Source of the DNA: Candidatus Fervidifonticultor sextus
Lineage (GTDB): Bacteria; Sysuimicrobiota; Sysuimicrobiia; Sysuimicrobiales; Humicultoraceae
Direction: 5' to 3'
Assembly: GCA_031459875.1 (NCBI GenBank)
Contig: JAVKHQ010000023.1
Location: 1 to 41,894 of the forward strand
Length of the DNA: 41,894 bases
Part shown: positions 8,845 to 18,020 of the stretch, in pieces
Numbering within the stretch: the stretch's first letter is position 1
How the letters are laid out: each line of letters starts with the position of its first letter
The notes under the pieces: model-generated
Databases searched by the model: none
What the model was told of the DNA's origin: nothing
What the model saw: the letters and a program-made list of their open reading frames with translations, nothing else
Translations under genes and position numbers: made by a program

Positions 8845-10383
8845 CTACCGCTGGAGCCAGATCTCCCGGTACGACAGGATGCTCGGGTCGGGCAGGACCT
8901 TCAATCCCTGCACCCGCTTGCTGGCCGCCTTCAGCACCGGGAAGTAGTTGGTGAAGATCATCGGGGCGTCGTCTACGATGAGCCGCTGCGCCTCGGCGTA
9001 CAGGCGACGGCGTTCGTTGACGTCGGTGATCTCCCGCGCCCGGTCCAGCAACCGGTCCACCTGGGTGTTGGAGTACCGCATGAAGTTGGTGCCACCCTGG
9101 ATAGCCGAGGTGTGGAAATGGCGAAACATGTTGCCGTCGGGGTCGACGCGCCCGCTCCAGAACGACTGGCTGGCCTCGAAGGCGCCGGTGCGAAGGTTCC
9201 CCAGCAGCGTGCCGATGTCCACGAGCTGAATGGAGGCCCGCAACCCGGCGGCCGCAATCTGCTGCTGCACCAACTGGGCACGCGTCTGGTCCAGGGGGAC
9301 GTTGCGCACCTGGAGGGTAAAGGACACGCCGCCGGCCAGGCCGGCTTGCTGTAGCAGCGCCCGGGCGCGGTTGGAGTCATACGAGTAGGCACGCAGGGTG
9401 CTGTCGAACGCCCACATGCGGGGTGGGATCGGGCCCACCGCCGCCGATCCGGTCCCCCGGTAGGCCGCTGTCCGGAGTGCCTCCCGATCCACCGCCCAGG
9501 CGAACGCCTGGCGCACCAGCTTGTTGTCGAAGGGAGGTCGGCTGGTATTCAGCCGGATCATGTCGAAGCCAAACGACTCGACCTCGTAGATCGCCAGGTG
9601 GGGGCTGGCCTTTACCTTCCGCACGTCTCGCGGATCGACCCAGTCGGCCAGGTCGACCTGCCCCGTGCGCAGCATGGTGAGCCGCACCGTATCGTCGGGA
9701 ACCACGCGGAAGACGAGTTCGTCCAGGAACGGCTCGCCCCGCCGCCAGTAGGCGGCGTTCCGCCGGAAGGTGACGCGATCGTCCTTCACCCACTCCACGA
9801 ATTGAAACGGCCCGGTGCCCACGGGGTTGCGGCTGAGGTCCCGCCCGTATCGCTCGATGGCCGCAGGGGACACGATGTAGCCGTTGCGATCTGTGAGGAT
9901 ACTGAGGAACGGCGCAAACGGCTCCGAGAGGGTCACACGCACGGTGTGGCTGTCCACCACGTCCACGCGCTGCACCGACGCCATATCGGCCCGCAGCGGA
10001 GACCGGTTGGCGGGGTTGAGGATGCGGTCGAAGTTGATCTTCACGGCCTCGGCGTTGAAGTCCGTCCCGTCGTGGAACCTCACACCGCGCCGCAGGCTGA
10101 AGGTGTAGACCTTGCCGTCGGGGGATACCTCCCAGCGCTCCACCAGCCAGGGCACCACGTTGAGGTTCTCGTCGATCTCGAAGAGCGGATCGTAGACCGC
10201 TCGGTAGATGATGCGGTCCTCAGGTGAGGTAGACAGCAGGAAGTCCAGCGTCACCGCGTCCCCGCGCAGCGCAAAGGTCAGCCGCCCGCCACGCTGGACC
10301 GCCGGCGCGCCGTGCCCCACCCCACCCACCGTCGCCACCACCAGCAGGAGCACCACCGCGCACACCAACAGGAGCCTCCTCAC
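8845..10383 (-). CDS. ABC transporter substrate-binding protein (family 5, Dpp/Opp type)
   Basis: Signal peptide VRRLLLVCAVVLLLVVA, YTFSLRRGVRFHDGTDFNAEAV, PVGTGPF. Start GTG 10383. Confidence 0.92.
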   Translation of the reverse strand: MRRLLLVCAVVLLLVVATVGGVGHGAPAVQRGGRLTFALRGDAVTLDFLLSTSPEDRIIYRAVYDPLFEIDENLNVVPWLVERWEVSPDGKVYTFSLRRGVRFHDGTDFNAEAVKINFDRILNPANRSPLRADMASVQRVDVVDSHTVRVTLSEPFAPFLSILTDRNGYIVSPAAIERYGRDLSRNPVGTGPFQFVEWVKDDRVTFRRNAAYWRRGEPFLDELVFRVVPDDTVRLTMLRTGQVDLADWVDPRDVRKVKASPHLAIYEVESFGFDMIRLNTSRPPFDNKLVRQAFAWAVDREALRTAAYRGTGSAAVGPIPPRMWAFDSTLRAYSYDSNRARALLQQAGLAGGVSFTLQVRNVPLDQTRAQLVQQQIAAAGLRASIQLVDIGTLLGNLRTGAFEASQSFWSGRVDPDGNMFRHFHTSAIQGGTNFMRYSNTQVDRLLDRAREITDVNERRRLYAEAQRLIVDDAPMIFTNYFPVLKAASKRVQGLKVLPDPSILSYREIWLQR

Positions 10384-10439
10384 CTGTATCGCACCCCCTT
10401 CTTCTTTCGAGCTAGCCACCACATCAGGCCCACACCCCG

Positions 10440-11336
10440 CTAGCGCCGTCCTTGCAGGCGCGGATCCAAAAGATCCCGCAGCCCGTCCGCGAAGAAGTTC
10501 AGGCAGAGGATCAACCCCGCGAGCAAAGTCCCGGTGAGCAGCGGCCACCACGAAGCCGATTCCAGATACGGATACCCCTCCCGCAGCATCGCGCCCAGGC
10601 TGGGCGTGGGCGGCTGCACCCCCAGCCCAAGAAAGCTCAGGCTGGCCTCGATCTGAATGGCGGTGGCCATGCTGACGCTGGCGAACACGATCAGCGGGCC
10701 CAAGATGTTGGGCAGCACGTGGCGGACGAGGACGCGACCCTCTGCCATGCCGAGCGCCCGCGCGGCTTCGACGAACTCCCGGTGCCGCAGCGACAACACC
10801 TGTCCCCGCGTCAACCGGGCGAATGATGGTGCATACACGACGCCCACCGCCATGATCGTGTTGCCCAGACCGGGCCCCAGGACCGCGTTGAGGGCTGTGG
10901 CCAGCACGAGAATGGGAAACGCCTGCAGGGCGTCGACGACCCGCATGATCGCTGTGTCCCACCATCCCATCCAGAATCCGGCCACAGCGCCCACGGTCAG
11001 CCCCACCGCCGCGGCGATCAGCACCGAGGCCAGACCGGCCAGGAGCGAGACACGGATGCCGAACAGCATCCGGCTGAGCAGGTCTCTTCCCAGATGATCC
11101 GTGCCGAACAGATGCCGCTGCCCCGGTGAGGTCAGCAGCGCCGAGTAGTCCTGCGCCGCCGGGTCGTGGGGCGCCAGGTGCGGCGCCAGGATGCCGGCCG
11201 CGGTGATCACGGCCAGGGTGCCGGCCGCGGCCAGCACCACGGGGTTGCGGCGCAGAAAGCGGATCAGCCAGGAGGCTCGGGCTGCCCGACTGGGATAGCG
11301 GGCCACGCGCTCCGCCAGGTGCACCGTCGTCTCCAT
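10440..11336 (-). CDS. ABC transporter permease (DppC/OppC type)
   Basis: HLFGTDHLGRDLLSR, EFVEAARALG (EAA loop), EASLSFLGLGVQPP. Confidence 0.93.
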   Translation of the reverse strand: METTVHLAERVARYPSRAARASWLIRFLRRNPVVLAAAGTLAVITAAGILAPHLAPHDPAAQDYSALLTSPGQRHLFGTDHLGRDLLSRMLFGIRVSLLAGLASVLIAAAVGLTVGAVAGFWMGWWDTAIMRVVDALQAFPILVLATALNAVLGPGLGNTIMAVGVVYAPSFARLTRGQVLSLRHREFVEAARALGMAEGRVLVRHVLPNILGPLIVFASVSMATAIQIEASLSFLGLGVQPPTPSLGAMLREGYPYLESASWWPLLTGTLLAGLILCLNFFADGLRDLLDPRLQGRR

Positions 11337-11353
11337 GCCCAGACGCTCCTAAC

Positions 11354-12295
11354 TCATGCGTACCGGATCCGTGGGTCGAGATACGCGTACGCCACGTCCA
11401 CGACCAGGTTGGCCAGGACCACCGACAACGCAATAACGAGGATCACCCCCTGCACCAGCGGGAAATCCCGCGCAAAGAACCCGTCCACCAGCATCCGGCC
11501 CACGCCCGGCAGCGCAAACAGCGTCTCGATCACGATGGTCCCGCCGATGATGGTGCGGACCTGCAACCCCAGGACCGTCACCACGGGAATCAACGCGTTC
11601 CGCATGGCGTGGCGCAGGACCACCACCGACTCCACCAGCCCCTTGCTGCGCGCGGTGCGCACGTAGTCTTCGCCCAACACGTCCAGCATGCTGCTGCGAA
11701 TCATGCGCGTCAGGACACCCGCCATGCCCATGCCGAGGGTCACCACGGGAAGCAGCAGCGTCTTCAGCCCCTCCAGGGGGTCGGTGAACGGGTCGATGTA
11801 GCCGCCGGCCGGGAGCCACGGCAACAGTACCGCCAGCCCCAGCACGAGGAGAATGCCCAGCCAGAAGTTGGGCAGCGAGATGCCCAGGATCGCCAGGAGC
11901 CGGCTGGCGTAGTCGGGAATCGTGTTGCGCCGGACGGCCGAGATGATCCCGGCAGGCACGGCGATCGCCAGGGAGATCGCCACTGCCAGCACGCCGAGTT
12001 GCAGGGTGGGGACCATGCGCCTGCCGATCTCCACGCTCACCAGCTGGTGCGTGCGCATCGACCGGCCCAGATCGCCCCGCACAACCCGCAAGAGCCAATC
12101 TGCGTACTGAACGACCACGGGTCGGTCGAGCCCAAACTCGGCGCGGATCTGCTGCAGCGTGGCCCGGTCGGCCTCGTCGCCCCCCAAGACGACCGCCGGA
12201 TCCCCGCCTGCGAAGATCAACAGGAACACCGTCAGGGTCACGAGCAGCAGGGTGACCGGCATCGCGCTCAGGCGCCCCAGGATGTAAGTGGTCAC
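11354..12295 (-). CDS. ABC transporter permease (DppB/OppB type)
   Basis: FGLDRP, GDLGRS, DYVRTARSKGL, IETLFALPGVG, LDPRIRY. Confidence 0.93.
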   Translation of the reverse strand: MTTYILGRLSAMPVTLLLVTLTVFLLIFAGGDPAVVLGGDEADRATLQQIRAEFGLDRPVVVQYADWLLRVVRGDLGRSMRTHQLVSVEIGRRMVPTLQLGVLAVAISLAIAVPAGIISAVRRNTIPDYASRLLAILGISLPNFWLGILLVLGLAVLLPWLPAGGYIDPFTDPLEGLKTLLLPVVTLGMGMAGVLTRMIRSSMLDVLGEDYVRTARSKGLVESVVVLRHAMRNALIPVVTVLGLQVRTIIGGTIVIETLFALPGVGRMLVDGFFARDFPLVQGVILVIALSVVLANLVVDVAYAYLDPRIRYA

Positions 12296-12777
12296 GGCGC
12301 CGGCCTCCCGGCAATCGCCGCCGTCGCCCTGGCCGCCTCCAGCACGGCCCCGACGATGCGCTTGTACCCCGTGCAGCGGCAGATGTTGCCGTGCAGCCAG
12401 CGGCGCACCTCGTCTTCAGCAGGGGTGGGCTGCGCGGCGAGCAGCGCCAAGGCCATCATGAGAAAGCCTGGGGTGCAGAATCCGCACTGCAGCGCCCCGT
12501 GCCGGATGAAAGCCTCCTGCAAAGGATGCAGGTGCGGTCCGGACGCCAGCCCCTCGACCGTCCGCACTTCGCGCCCGCGCGCCTCAAAAGCCAGGTAGGT
12601 ACAGGCGCTGACCGGTCGGCCGTCCACCAGCACCGTGCAGGCCCCGCACACCTCGACGTCGCAGGAGCGCTTGGTCCCGGTGAGTTGCAGACGATCCCGG
12701 AGCACGTCCAGCAACCATTCGTGCGGAGCGACCTCCAGGGAACACGGCTCGCCATTCAAGACGAACTCGATGCGCAT
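12292..12777 (-). CDS. 2Fe-2S small subunit (CoxS/XdhA-like)
   Basis: CDVEVCGACTV...C, QCGFCTPG, NICRCTGY. Confidence 0.93.
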   Translation of the reverse strand: MRIEFVLNGEPCSLEVAPHEWLLDVLRDRLQLTGTKRSCDVEVCGACTVLVDGRPVSACTYLAFEARGREVRTVEGLASGPHLHPLQEAFIRHGALQCGFCTPGFLMMALALLAAQPTPAEDEVRRWLHGNICRCTGYKRIVGAVLEAARATAAIAGRPAP

Positions 12778-13652
12778 CGGTCACTCCTTCCCCCGACCTC
12801 CGAGAGGCAGTCCCAGATCGTCCGGCGGGTCATCACCTCTACCAACGACCGCTTGTACTCTGCCGATCCGTGGAGATCGTCCACGGGGTCCACAGCAGCC
12901 GCCGCCGCTTCGGCGGCCTGGGCGGCCCGACGGTGGACCTCGTGATGCGCAAGCCCGGTCAGCACCTCCTCGGCGGCCGGCACCCGAAGGGGCACCGGTC
13001 CCACGCAGCCGATGGCGATCCGGCAGCGTTGGACCACGCCGTCGCCGAACGTCATGGCCACTGCCACCCCCAGCGATGGCCGCTCCAGGTAGCCGAAGCG
13101 CCGGTAGCCCAGCCTGGTGCCTGGCGTCGGCAGTGGGATCACCACGCGGGTAAGGATTTCATCATGGCGGAGGGCGGTCGTGTAGGCGTCTTGGTAGAAC
13201 CCTGCCACAGGCACCGTCCGCGTCCCGCGGTCGCTCTCCACATGCAACAGGGCGTCCAGCGCCAGGAGGAACGTGGGGGGGTCGGCGTGGGGGTCGCCAA
13301 ACGCCAGGTTCCCGCCGATGGTGCCGACGCTGCGCACACGGGGGTTGGCCACCTGGCGCTCCACCCGGGCCAGCAGCGGCAGGCGTTCCCGCAGAACCGG
13401 CGACCATTCCAGGTCCCAGTGGGTCGCCAGCGCCCCGATCTCCAGGTGTCCCGCCGATGGGTTGTAGGCAATCCCGGCCAGGCCGGGAATCCGCTTGATG
13501 TTGACCAGCGCCTCGTAGGAGGCCAGCCCCTGCTTGAGGATCAGCAGCAACTCGGTCCCGCCGGCGTAGACCTTGCCACGCTCCCCCAACTGGCGGAGAA
13601 GGACCGATGCCTCGGCCACCGAGCGGGGTTCGTGTAGGTCAAACGGCCTCAC
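12756..13652 (-). CDS. FAD-binding medium subunit (CoxM-like)
   Basis: VRPFDLHEPRS, AGGTELL, RSVGTIGGNLA...DPHAD, DDLHGSAEYKR. GTG start overlaps the upstream stop. Confidence 0.92.
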   Translation of the reverse strand: MRPFDLHEPRSVAEASVLLRQLGERGKVYAGGTELLLILKQGLASYEALVNIKRIPGLAGIAYNPSAGHLEIGALATHWDLEWSPVLRERLPLLARVERQVANPRVRSVGTIGGNLAFGDPHADPPTFLLALDALLHVESDRGTRTVPVAGFYQDAYTTALRHDEILTRVVIPLPTPGTRLGYRRFGYLERPSLGVAVAMTFGDGVVQRCRIAIGCVGPVPLRVPAAEEVLTGLAHHEVHRRAAQAAEAAAAAVDPVDDLHGSAEYKRSLVEVMTRRTIWDCLSEVGGRSDRCASSSS

Positions 13653-14230
13653 GCCGTCGTCTCCCGTGCGCCGCGCCACCAACGCAGGAACCGCGGCCGG
13701 ACCTGCGGCGGACGGCCCACGTAGGGTTCCGGCGGCCCAACCTCCGGCACGGTCAGCGCATCGATGAACGACAGCATGCCACTTCGCGCGGCGCGCCGTA
13801 CCGCCTCCACCAGCGCCGCGGCAGAGTCCACCCGCACCGCGGTGGGAATGCCGGCAGCCCGTGCCAGGGCCGCGAAGTCCACCCCTCGGCAGGGCAGGGG
13901 CTGACCTCCTGAAGATTCGTAGACGCCGTTGTTGAAGAGCAGGATGGTCAGATTGGACATCCCCGCGCCCACGACCGTCAGGAGGCTGCCAAGATTCATC
14001 AACAGCGCGCCGTCCCCCTCCATCGCCAGGACCCGGCGCGGCCACACCGCTGCGGCGAGCCCCAGGGCCACCGGGATGGCCATCCCCATGGCGTCATAGA
14101 TGTAGATGTCCTGGTCGCGTGGTCGCAGGCGGTGCCACAGCTTGGTCGGCGCGCCCAGACAGGTGACCACGATCTCCTCCTCGACCACTTGGCTCAGCGC
14201 CTCGAGGTAGGCGTACCGGGAGGTGCTCAT
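13649..14230 (-). CDS. ThDP-dependent decarboxylase beta subunit (ComE-like; sulfopyruvate/phosphonopyruvate decarboxylase family)
   Basis: AMGMAIPVALGLA and the ThDP motif GDGALLMNLGSL...NNGVYESSGGQ. Confidence 0.82.
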   Translation of the reverse strand: MSTSRYAYLEALSQVVEEEIVVTCLGAPTKLWHRLRPRDQDIYIYDAMGMAIPVALGLAAAVWPRRVLAMEGDGALLMNLGSLLTVVGAGMSNLTILLFNNGVYESSGGQPLPCRGVDFAALARAAGIPTAVRVDSAAALVEAVRRAARSGMLSFIDALTVPEVGPPEPYVGRPPQVRPRFLRWWRGARETTA

Positions 14231-14718
14231 GCCAGATCGTCCTTCCCCAACAGCAGCGCGACGCCGGTCTCTGCCGCCTCGGCGTACTCCATGGCCCTCA
14301 CCACCGCCCGCGGGAGACCGCCCAGTTCGGCCACGGTGTAGTGCGGCACCGCGAGCGCACTCAGAAACGGGACCACGTGGACGGCCTTGGGCACGTGCAG
14401 CCAGTACGGGTCGCCCGCCGAGCCGCGGTGGCTGACCAGCAGGAGCATGGGAAGGCGATAGCCCTTGGTCAGCAGGACCAACTCGGACCCGCACCCGAGC
14501 AGGCCGCCGTTCTGCACGATCAGCGCGGGCCGGGCTCCCGCGAAGGCGTACCCGGCGCAGATTCCCACGGCCTCTTCCTCGCGCGCCGCCCGGATGTGGC
14601 GGATCCACGGGACGGCGTCGGCTGCGGCGAGCAGGCCGGACATCCAGGTGTCTGGCACAGACACCAGCAGGCCCACCCCGGCCTCCCGGAGGCCGGCAAG
14701 CATCTCACGGTACCCCAC
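14227..14718 (-). CDS. ThDP-dependent decarboxylase alpha subunit (ComD-like)
   Basis: VSVPDT, AREEEAVGICAG, IVQNGGL, LLVSHRG. GTG 14718 follows GGGGAGG. Confidence 0.82.
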   Translation of the reverse strand: MGYREMLAGLREAGVGLLVSVPDTWMSGLLAAADAVPWIRHIRAAREEEAVGICAGYAFAGARPALIVQNGGLLGCGSELVLLTKGYRLPMLLLVSHRGSAGDPYWLHVPKAVHVVPFLSALAVPHYTVAELGGLPRAVVRAMEYAEAAETGVALLLGKDDLA

Positions 14719-16096
14719 GGCGATCCTCCCCTTCGGGCCCCGCCAACCAGGCGCTGAGGACGCGGATGTCCGGAAGGGCCTCCAGGCCTTCGACCAGGCC
14801 GGCGAGGGAGTCCGCATCCGCCGGGCTCCTACCCGCAAATGCCACAGACCGCTGCACCTTCTGCCGCAGAGCCTGGGGGGAGATCGGCCGGGCAGGGTCG
14901 CCCGGCGGCAGATCACACCGGGCTTCCAGGACCCCGTCGTCGTCCAGGCAGACCGCCACCCGCATCGGCACGAAATCCAGAGGCGTCGCAGGCGGCGGTC
15001 CGTAGACGACCTCCACGGAATTGGCGAGGGCCTCGGTGCCGCCATTGGGCTCCTCGCGGGCCAGCAGGTCCAGGGTGAACTCCCTCGTCTGCAGCGCCGC
15101 CGCCACGCACCACGCCAGGGAAAACTGCCGTCGGACGAGCGGCTCGCCGGTTGCCGGCGGGCGCGCCGCGATCAAAGTGAGCATCTCCGCACGAGGGATC
15201 TCCACCGAGACCTTCTTGATCCGCCGGCCGTTCAGCCGCTGCGCCACTTCCATGGCGGCCTCCACCGCAGGGTGCACGAAGCGGCAGCACGGGTAGGGCT
15301 TGAGGCTAACCCGCGTCGTCTCCCATCGCCGGCCGAGGTCGGCGAGCAGCACCTCGGGCCGCGCCCGACCCCGGGCGTAGGCGTCAAACAGCCCAAATGG
15401 GCCTTCCAGCACCCGGCGCGCAGCCGCCTGGCCCCGGGCTGCCAGCAGGGCCGCCGTCACGCCCCCTTCCGCCGCCAGCCCCATCTGCCAGCGCTTGGTC
15501 CACACCGCTTCGGCGATGCCCAGGCGGTGCCCGGCGCACCGGCTGTAGGCCAGGCCCAGGGCGGAGGCGGTGGCCGCCGGGCCCAGGCACAGCACTCGGG
15601 AGGCCGCCGCGGCTGCCCCGAAGGCGCCGCACAGCGCCGAGCGCTCAAACCCCACCAGCGGGCCCAGGGCCAGGCCCAACCGGGCCACCACCTCCACGCC
15701 GACGGCGGTGGCGGCCAGCATCTCGCGGCCGGCCGCGCCGCCTGCCTGCTCGGCGGCGGCCAGCACCGCCGGCACGACAGGGGCGGTGCAGTGTACGACG
15801 CCGGCGTCGTAGACGTCGTCAAACTCCCAGGCGTGGATCATTGCGCCGTTGGCCGCGGCGGCCAGCGGCGCAGGCAGCGATCCCCGCCATCCGGTCACCG
15901 TGGCGCGGCCACTGCCGGCCCACGATGCCATCTCTGTGACCAGCGCCGGCAGGGCCGGCGCCCGCTGGCCGGCCACGGCGTTGCCCAGGGCGTCCAGGAG
16001 CAGTCGCCGCGTCGCCGCCACCACGGCCGGCGGCAGATCGTCCGCGCTGACTGCGGCGCTCCACTCTGCGAGCTCCTCAACCAGCGGCCGCATCAT
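14705..16096 (-). CDS. MmgE/PrpD family protein
   Basis: LLDALGNAVAG, AAAANGAMIHAWEFDD...HCTAPVVPA, LEGPFG, KPYPCCRFVHP. Confidence 0.9.
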   Translation of the reverse strand: MMRPLVEELAEWSAAVSADDLPPAVVAATRRLLLDALGNAVAGQRAPALPALVTEMASWAGSGRATVTGWRGSLPAPLAAAANGAMIHAWEFDDVYDAGVVHCTAPVVPAVLAAAEQAGGAAGREMLAATAVGVEVVARLGLALGPLVGFERSALCGAFGAAAAASRVLCLGPAATASALGLAYSRCAGHRLGIAEAVWTKRWQMGLAAEGGVTAALLAARGQAAARRVLEGPFGLFDAYARGRARPEVLLADLGRRWETTRVSLKPYPCCRFVHPAVEAAMEVAQRLNGRRIKKVSVEIPRAEMLTLIAARPPATGEPLVRRQFSLAWCVAAALQTREFTLDLLAREEPNGGTEALANSVEVVYGPPPATPLDFVPMRVAVCLDDDGVLEARCDLPPGDPARPISPQALRQKVQRSVAFAGRSPADADSLAGLVEGLEALPDIRVLSAWLAGPEGEDRRGVP

Positions 16097-16126
16097 TGAA
16101 CCCTTGCGCGCCCCGCCTGCCCCACC

Positions 16127-17086
16127 TCACGTGATGTACTTCTCGACGGTGAGATACCGGTCGCGACGGTCGGGCAGCACCGTCACCACCCGCGACCGCG
16201 GCCCCAGCTGGCGCGCCAGTCGAATGGCCGCCACCACATTGGCGCCGGCAGACACCCCGCACGCCAAGCCCTCCTCAGTCGCCAGCCGGTGGGTCATGGC
16301 CACGGCTTCATCGTCAGAGATCGCCGTGGTGTCGTGCACGAGGCCAGAGCGGTCGATCTCCACCAGGATGCCGTCGGTGATCCCCGGGACGATCGGCATG
16401 CGGTGCCGTGCCTCCTTGCCCAGCATCGGCAGCCCGGTGGGCTCCACCGACATCACCCGGATGTCCGGCCACGCCTCCCGCAGGGCCTGAGCCACCCCGA
16501 GCAGCGTGCCGCCAGTTCCCACGGACGCGGCAAAGCCATCCATGCGACCTACCGCCTGGGCTACGATTTCCCGTCCCGTCGTCTCTCGGTGGGCGCGCAC
16601 GTTCTCCGGGTTGCTGAACTGCCGCGCCCACCACACCCCGGGGGTGGAGGCCTCCAGGTCGCGGCACTTCATGCGGGGGAGGATCTCCAGGATCCCCCCG
16701 TGCAGGGTCGGGTCCATGGCCATCCCCTCCGCACGGGCGTCCACGGTCTGGATCTCCGCGCCGAACGCGCGCATGAGCTTCACCCGTTCTCCGCTGGCGA
16801 CCTCGGCCGGCATGAAGATCATCACCCGGTAGCCTTTCACCGCCGCGACGAACGCCAGGGCGATGGCGGTGTTGCCGGTGCTCGCCTCCACGATCGTGCC
16901 GCCCGGCCGCAACTTCCCCTCGCTCTCCGCCGCCGTGATCATGGACAGCGCGATGCGATCCTTGATGCTGCCGCTGGGGTTCAGGTATTCCACCTTCGCC
17001 CAGACCTCAGCGTCCAGCCCGTCGAGGACACGGCGGAGTCGGACCAGCGGCGTCTTGCCGATCGCATTGAGGATGCTGCTGTCCAT
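16127..17086 (-). CDS. Cysteine synthase family PLP-dependent enzyme
   Basis: IGKTPLVRL, KVEYLNPSGSIKDR (PLP Lys), EASTGNT, QFSNPEN, GTGGT, PDRRDRYL. Confidence 0.9.
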   Translation of the reverse strand: MDSSILNAIGKTPLVRLRRVLDGLDAEVWAKVEYLNPSGSIKDRIALSMITAAESEGKLRPGGTIVEASTGNTAIALAFVAAVKGYRVMIFMPAEVASGERVKLMRAFGAEIQTVDARAEGMAMDPTLHGGILEILPRMKCRDLEASTPGVWWARQFSNPENVRAHRETTGREIVAQAVGRMDGFAASVGTGGTLLGVAQALREAWPDIRVMSVEPTGLPMLGKEARHRMPIVPGITDGILVEIDRSGLVHDTTAISDDEAVAMTHRLATEEGLACGVSAGANVVAAIRLARQLGPRSRVVTVLPDRRDRYLTVEKYIT

Positions 17087-17132
17087 GCGGCGGTGCTCCT
17101 CTCCCCCGCCCCGCGACGGGGCGGGCCTCTGG

Positions 17133-18020
17133 TTAGCCCGAGGCCGGATCCAGTACGTCGCGGAATCCCTCGGCCATCGCGTTGAGTCCCAGCACCATCA
17201 GGCTCACCGCGCCGCCGTAGACGAGCATCAGGTGCGGCGCCTCCCACAGGTACGCCCGGCTGGCATGCAGCATGGCGCCAAACTCCGGCGTAGGGGGCTG
17301 GATGCCCAGTCCCAGGAAGCTGAGGCCGGCGGCCGTGAGCAGCGTCAGGGAGAACCGGATCATCGCGAACACCAGGACGGGGCCCAGGCAGTTGGGCACC
17401 ACGTGGCGGAAGAGGATGCGCCCCGGCGACGCGCCCAGCGCGCCGGCGGCCTCGATGTAGCTCTGGTGGGCGACCCCCAGGGCCGCCGCACGGCTCATCC
17501 GCGCGAACTGCGGGACGTTATACACCGTCATGGCCAGGATCAGGCTGGCGGTGCCCGGTCCCAACGCCGCCACGACAACGATGGCCAGCAACATGCCCGG
17601 CAGCGCCAGCAGGACGTCCATGACCCGCATGATCACCTCATCGGTGACCCCGCCGTGGACCGCCGCCCCCACCCCGGCCAGGAACCCGATCAGAAAGCTG
17701 GCCGAGATCACGGCCAGGCCGATGGCCAGCGTCAGGCGTGCGCCGTGCACGGCCCGGCTGAGGACGTCGCGCCCGAACTCATCGGTCCCCAGGAGGTGGG
17801 GCGCCCCCGGCGGCTGCAGCGTGCGCTCGAGGTCCTGGGTTACCGGGGAGTACGGGATCAGATGCGGGCCTGCGGCGGCAACCACAGAGAAGAAGGCCAC
17901 CAGCCCCAGGCCCAGGGCAGATAGACGGTTGTGCAGCAGGCGACGCCACGCACCGCGCCGCCTCGGCGGCGCCATTGCGGGAGCCGCCGCCTCCGCCAGG
18001 AGGGACGAGGCCGCCCTCAT
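17133..18020 (-). CDS. ABC transporter permease (DppC/OppC type)
   Basis: HLLGTDEFGRDVLSR, YIEAAGALG, LSFLGLGIQPPTPEFG. Confidence 0.93.
   Translation of the reverse strand: MRAASSLLAEAAAPAMAPPRRRGAWRRLLHNRLSALGLGLVAFFSVVAAAGPHLIPYSPVTQDLERTLQPPGAPHLLGTDEFGRDVLSRAVHGARLTLAIGLAVISASFLIGFLAGVGAAVHGGVTDEVIMRVMDVLLALPGMLLAIVVVAALGPGTASLILAMTVYNVPQFARMSRAAALGVAHQSYIEAAGALGASPGRILFRHVVPNCLGPVLVFAMIRFSLTLLTAAGLSFLGLGIQPPTPEFGAMLHASRAYLWEAPHLMLVYGGAVSLMVLGLNAMAEGFRDVLDPASG

Noticed and set aside
8845..11433. 862-aa permease-SBP fusion
   Set aside because: The upstream extension is an off-frame overlap of the real permease (10440-11336). The SBP has its own signal peptide at 10383.
6545..13652. Aerobic CO dehydrogenase (coxMSL)
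   Set aside because: The large subunit has GSMRGFG rather than AYxCSFR or AYxGAGR, and there are no coxDEF genes.
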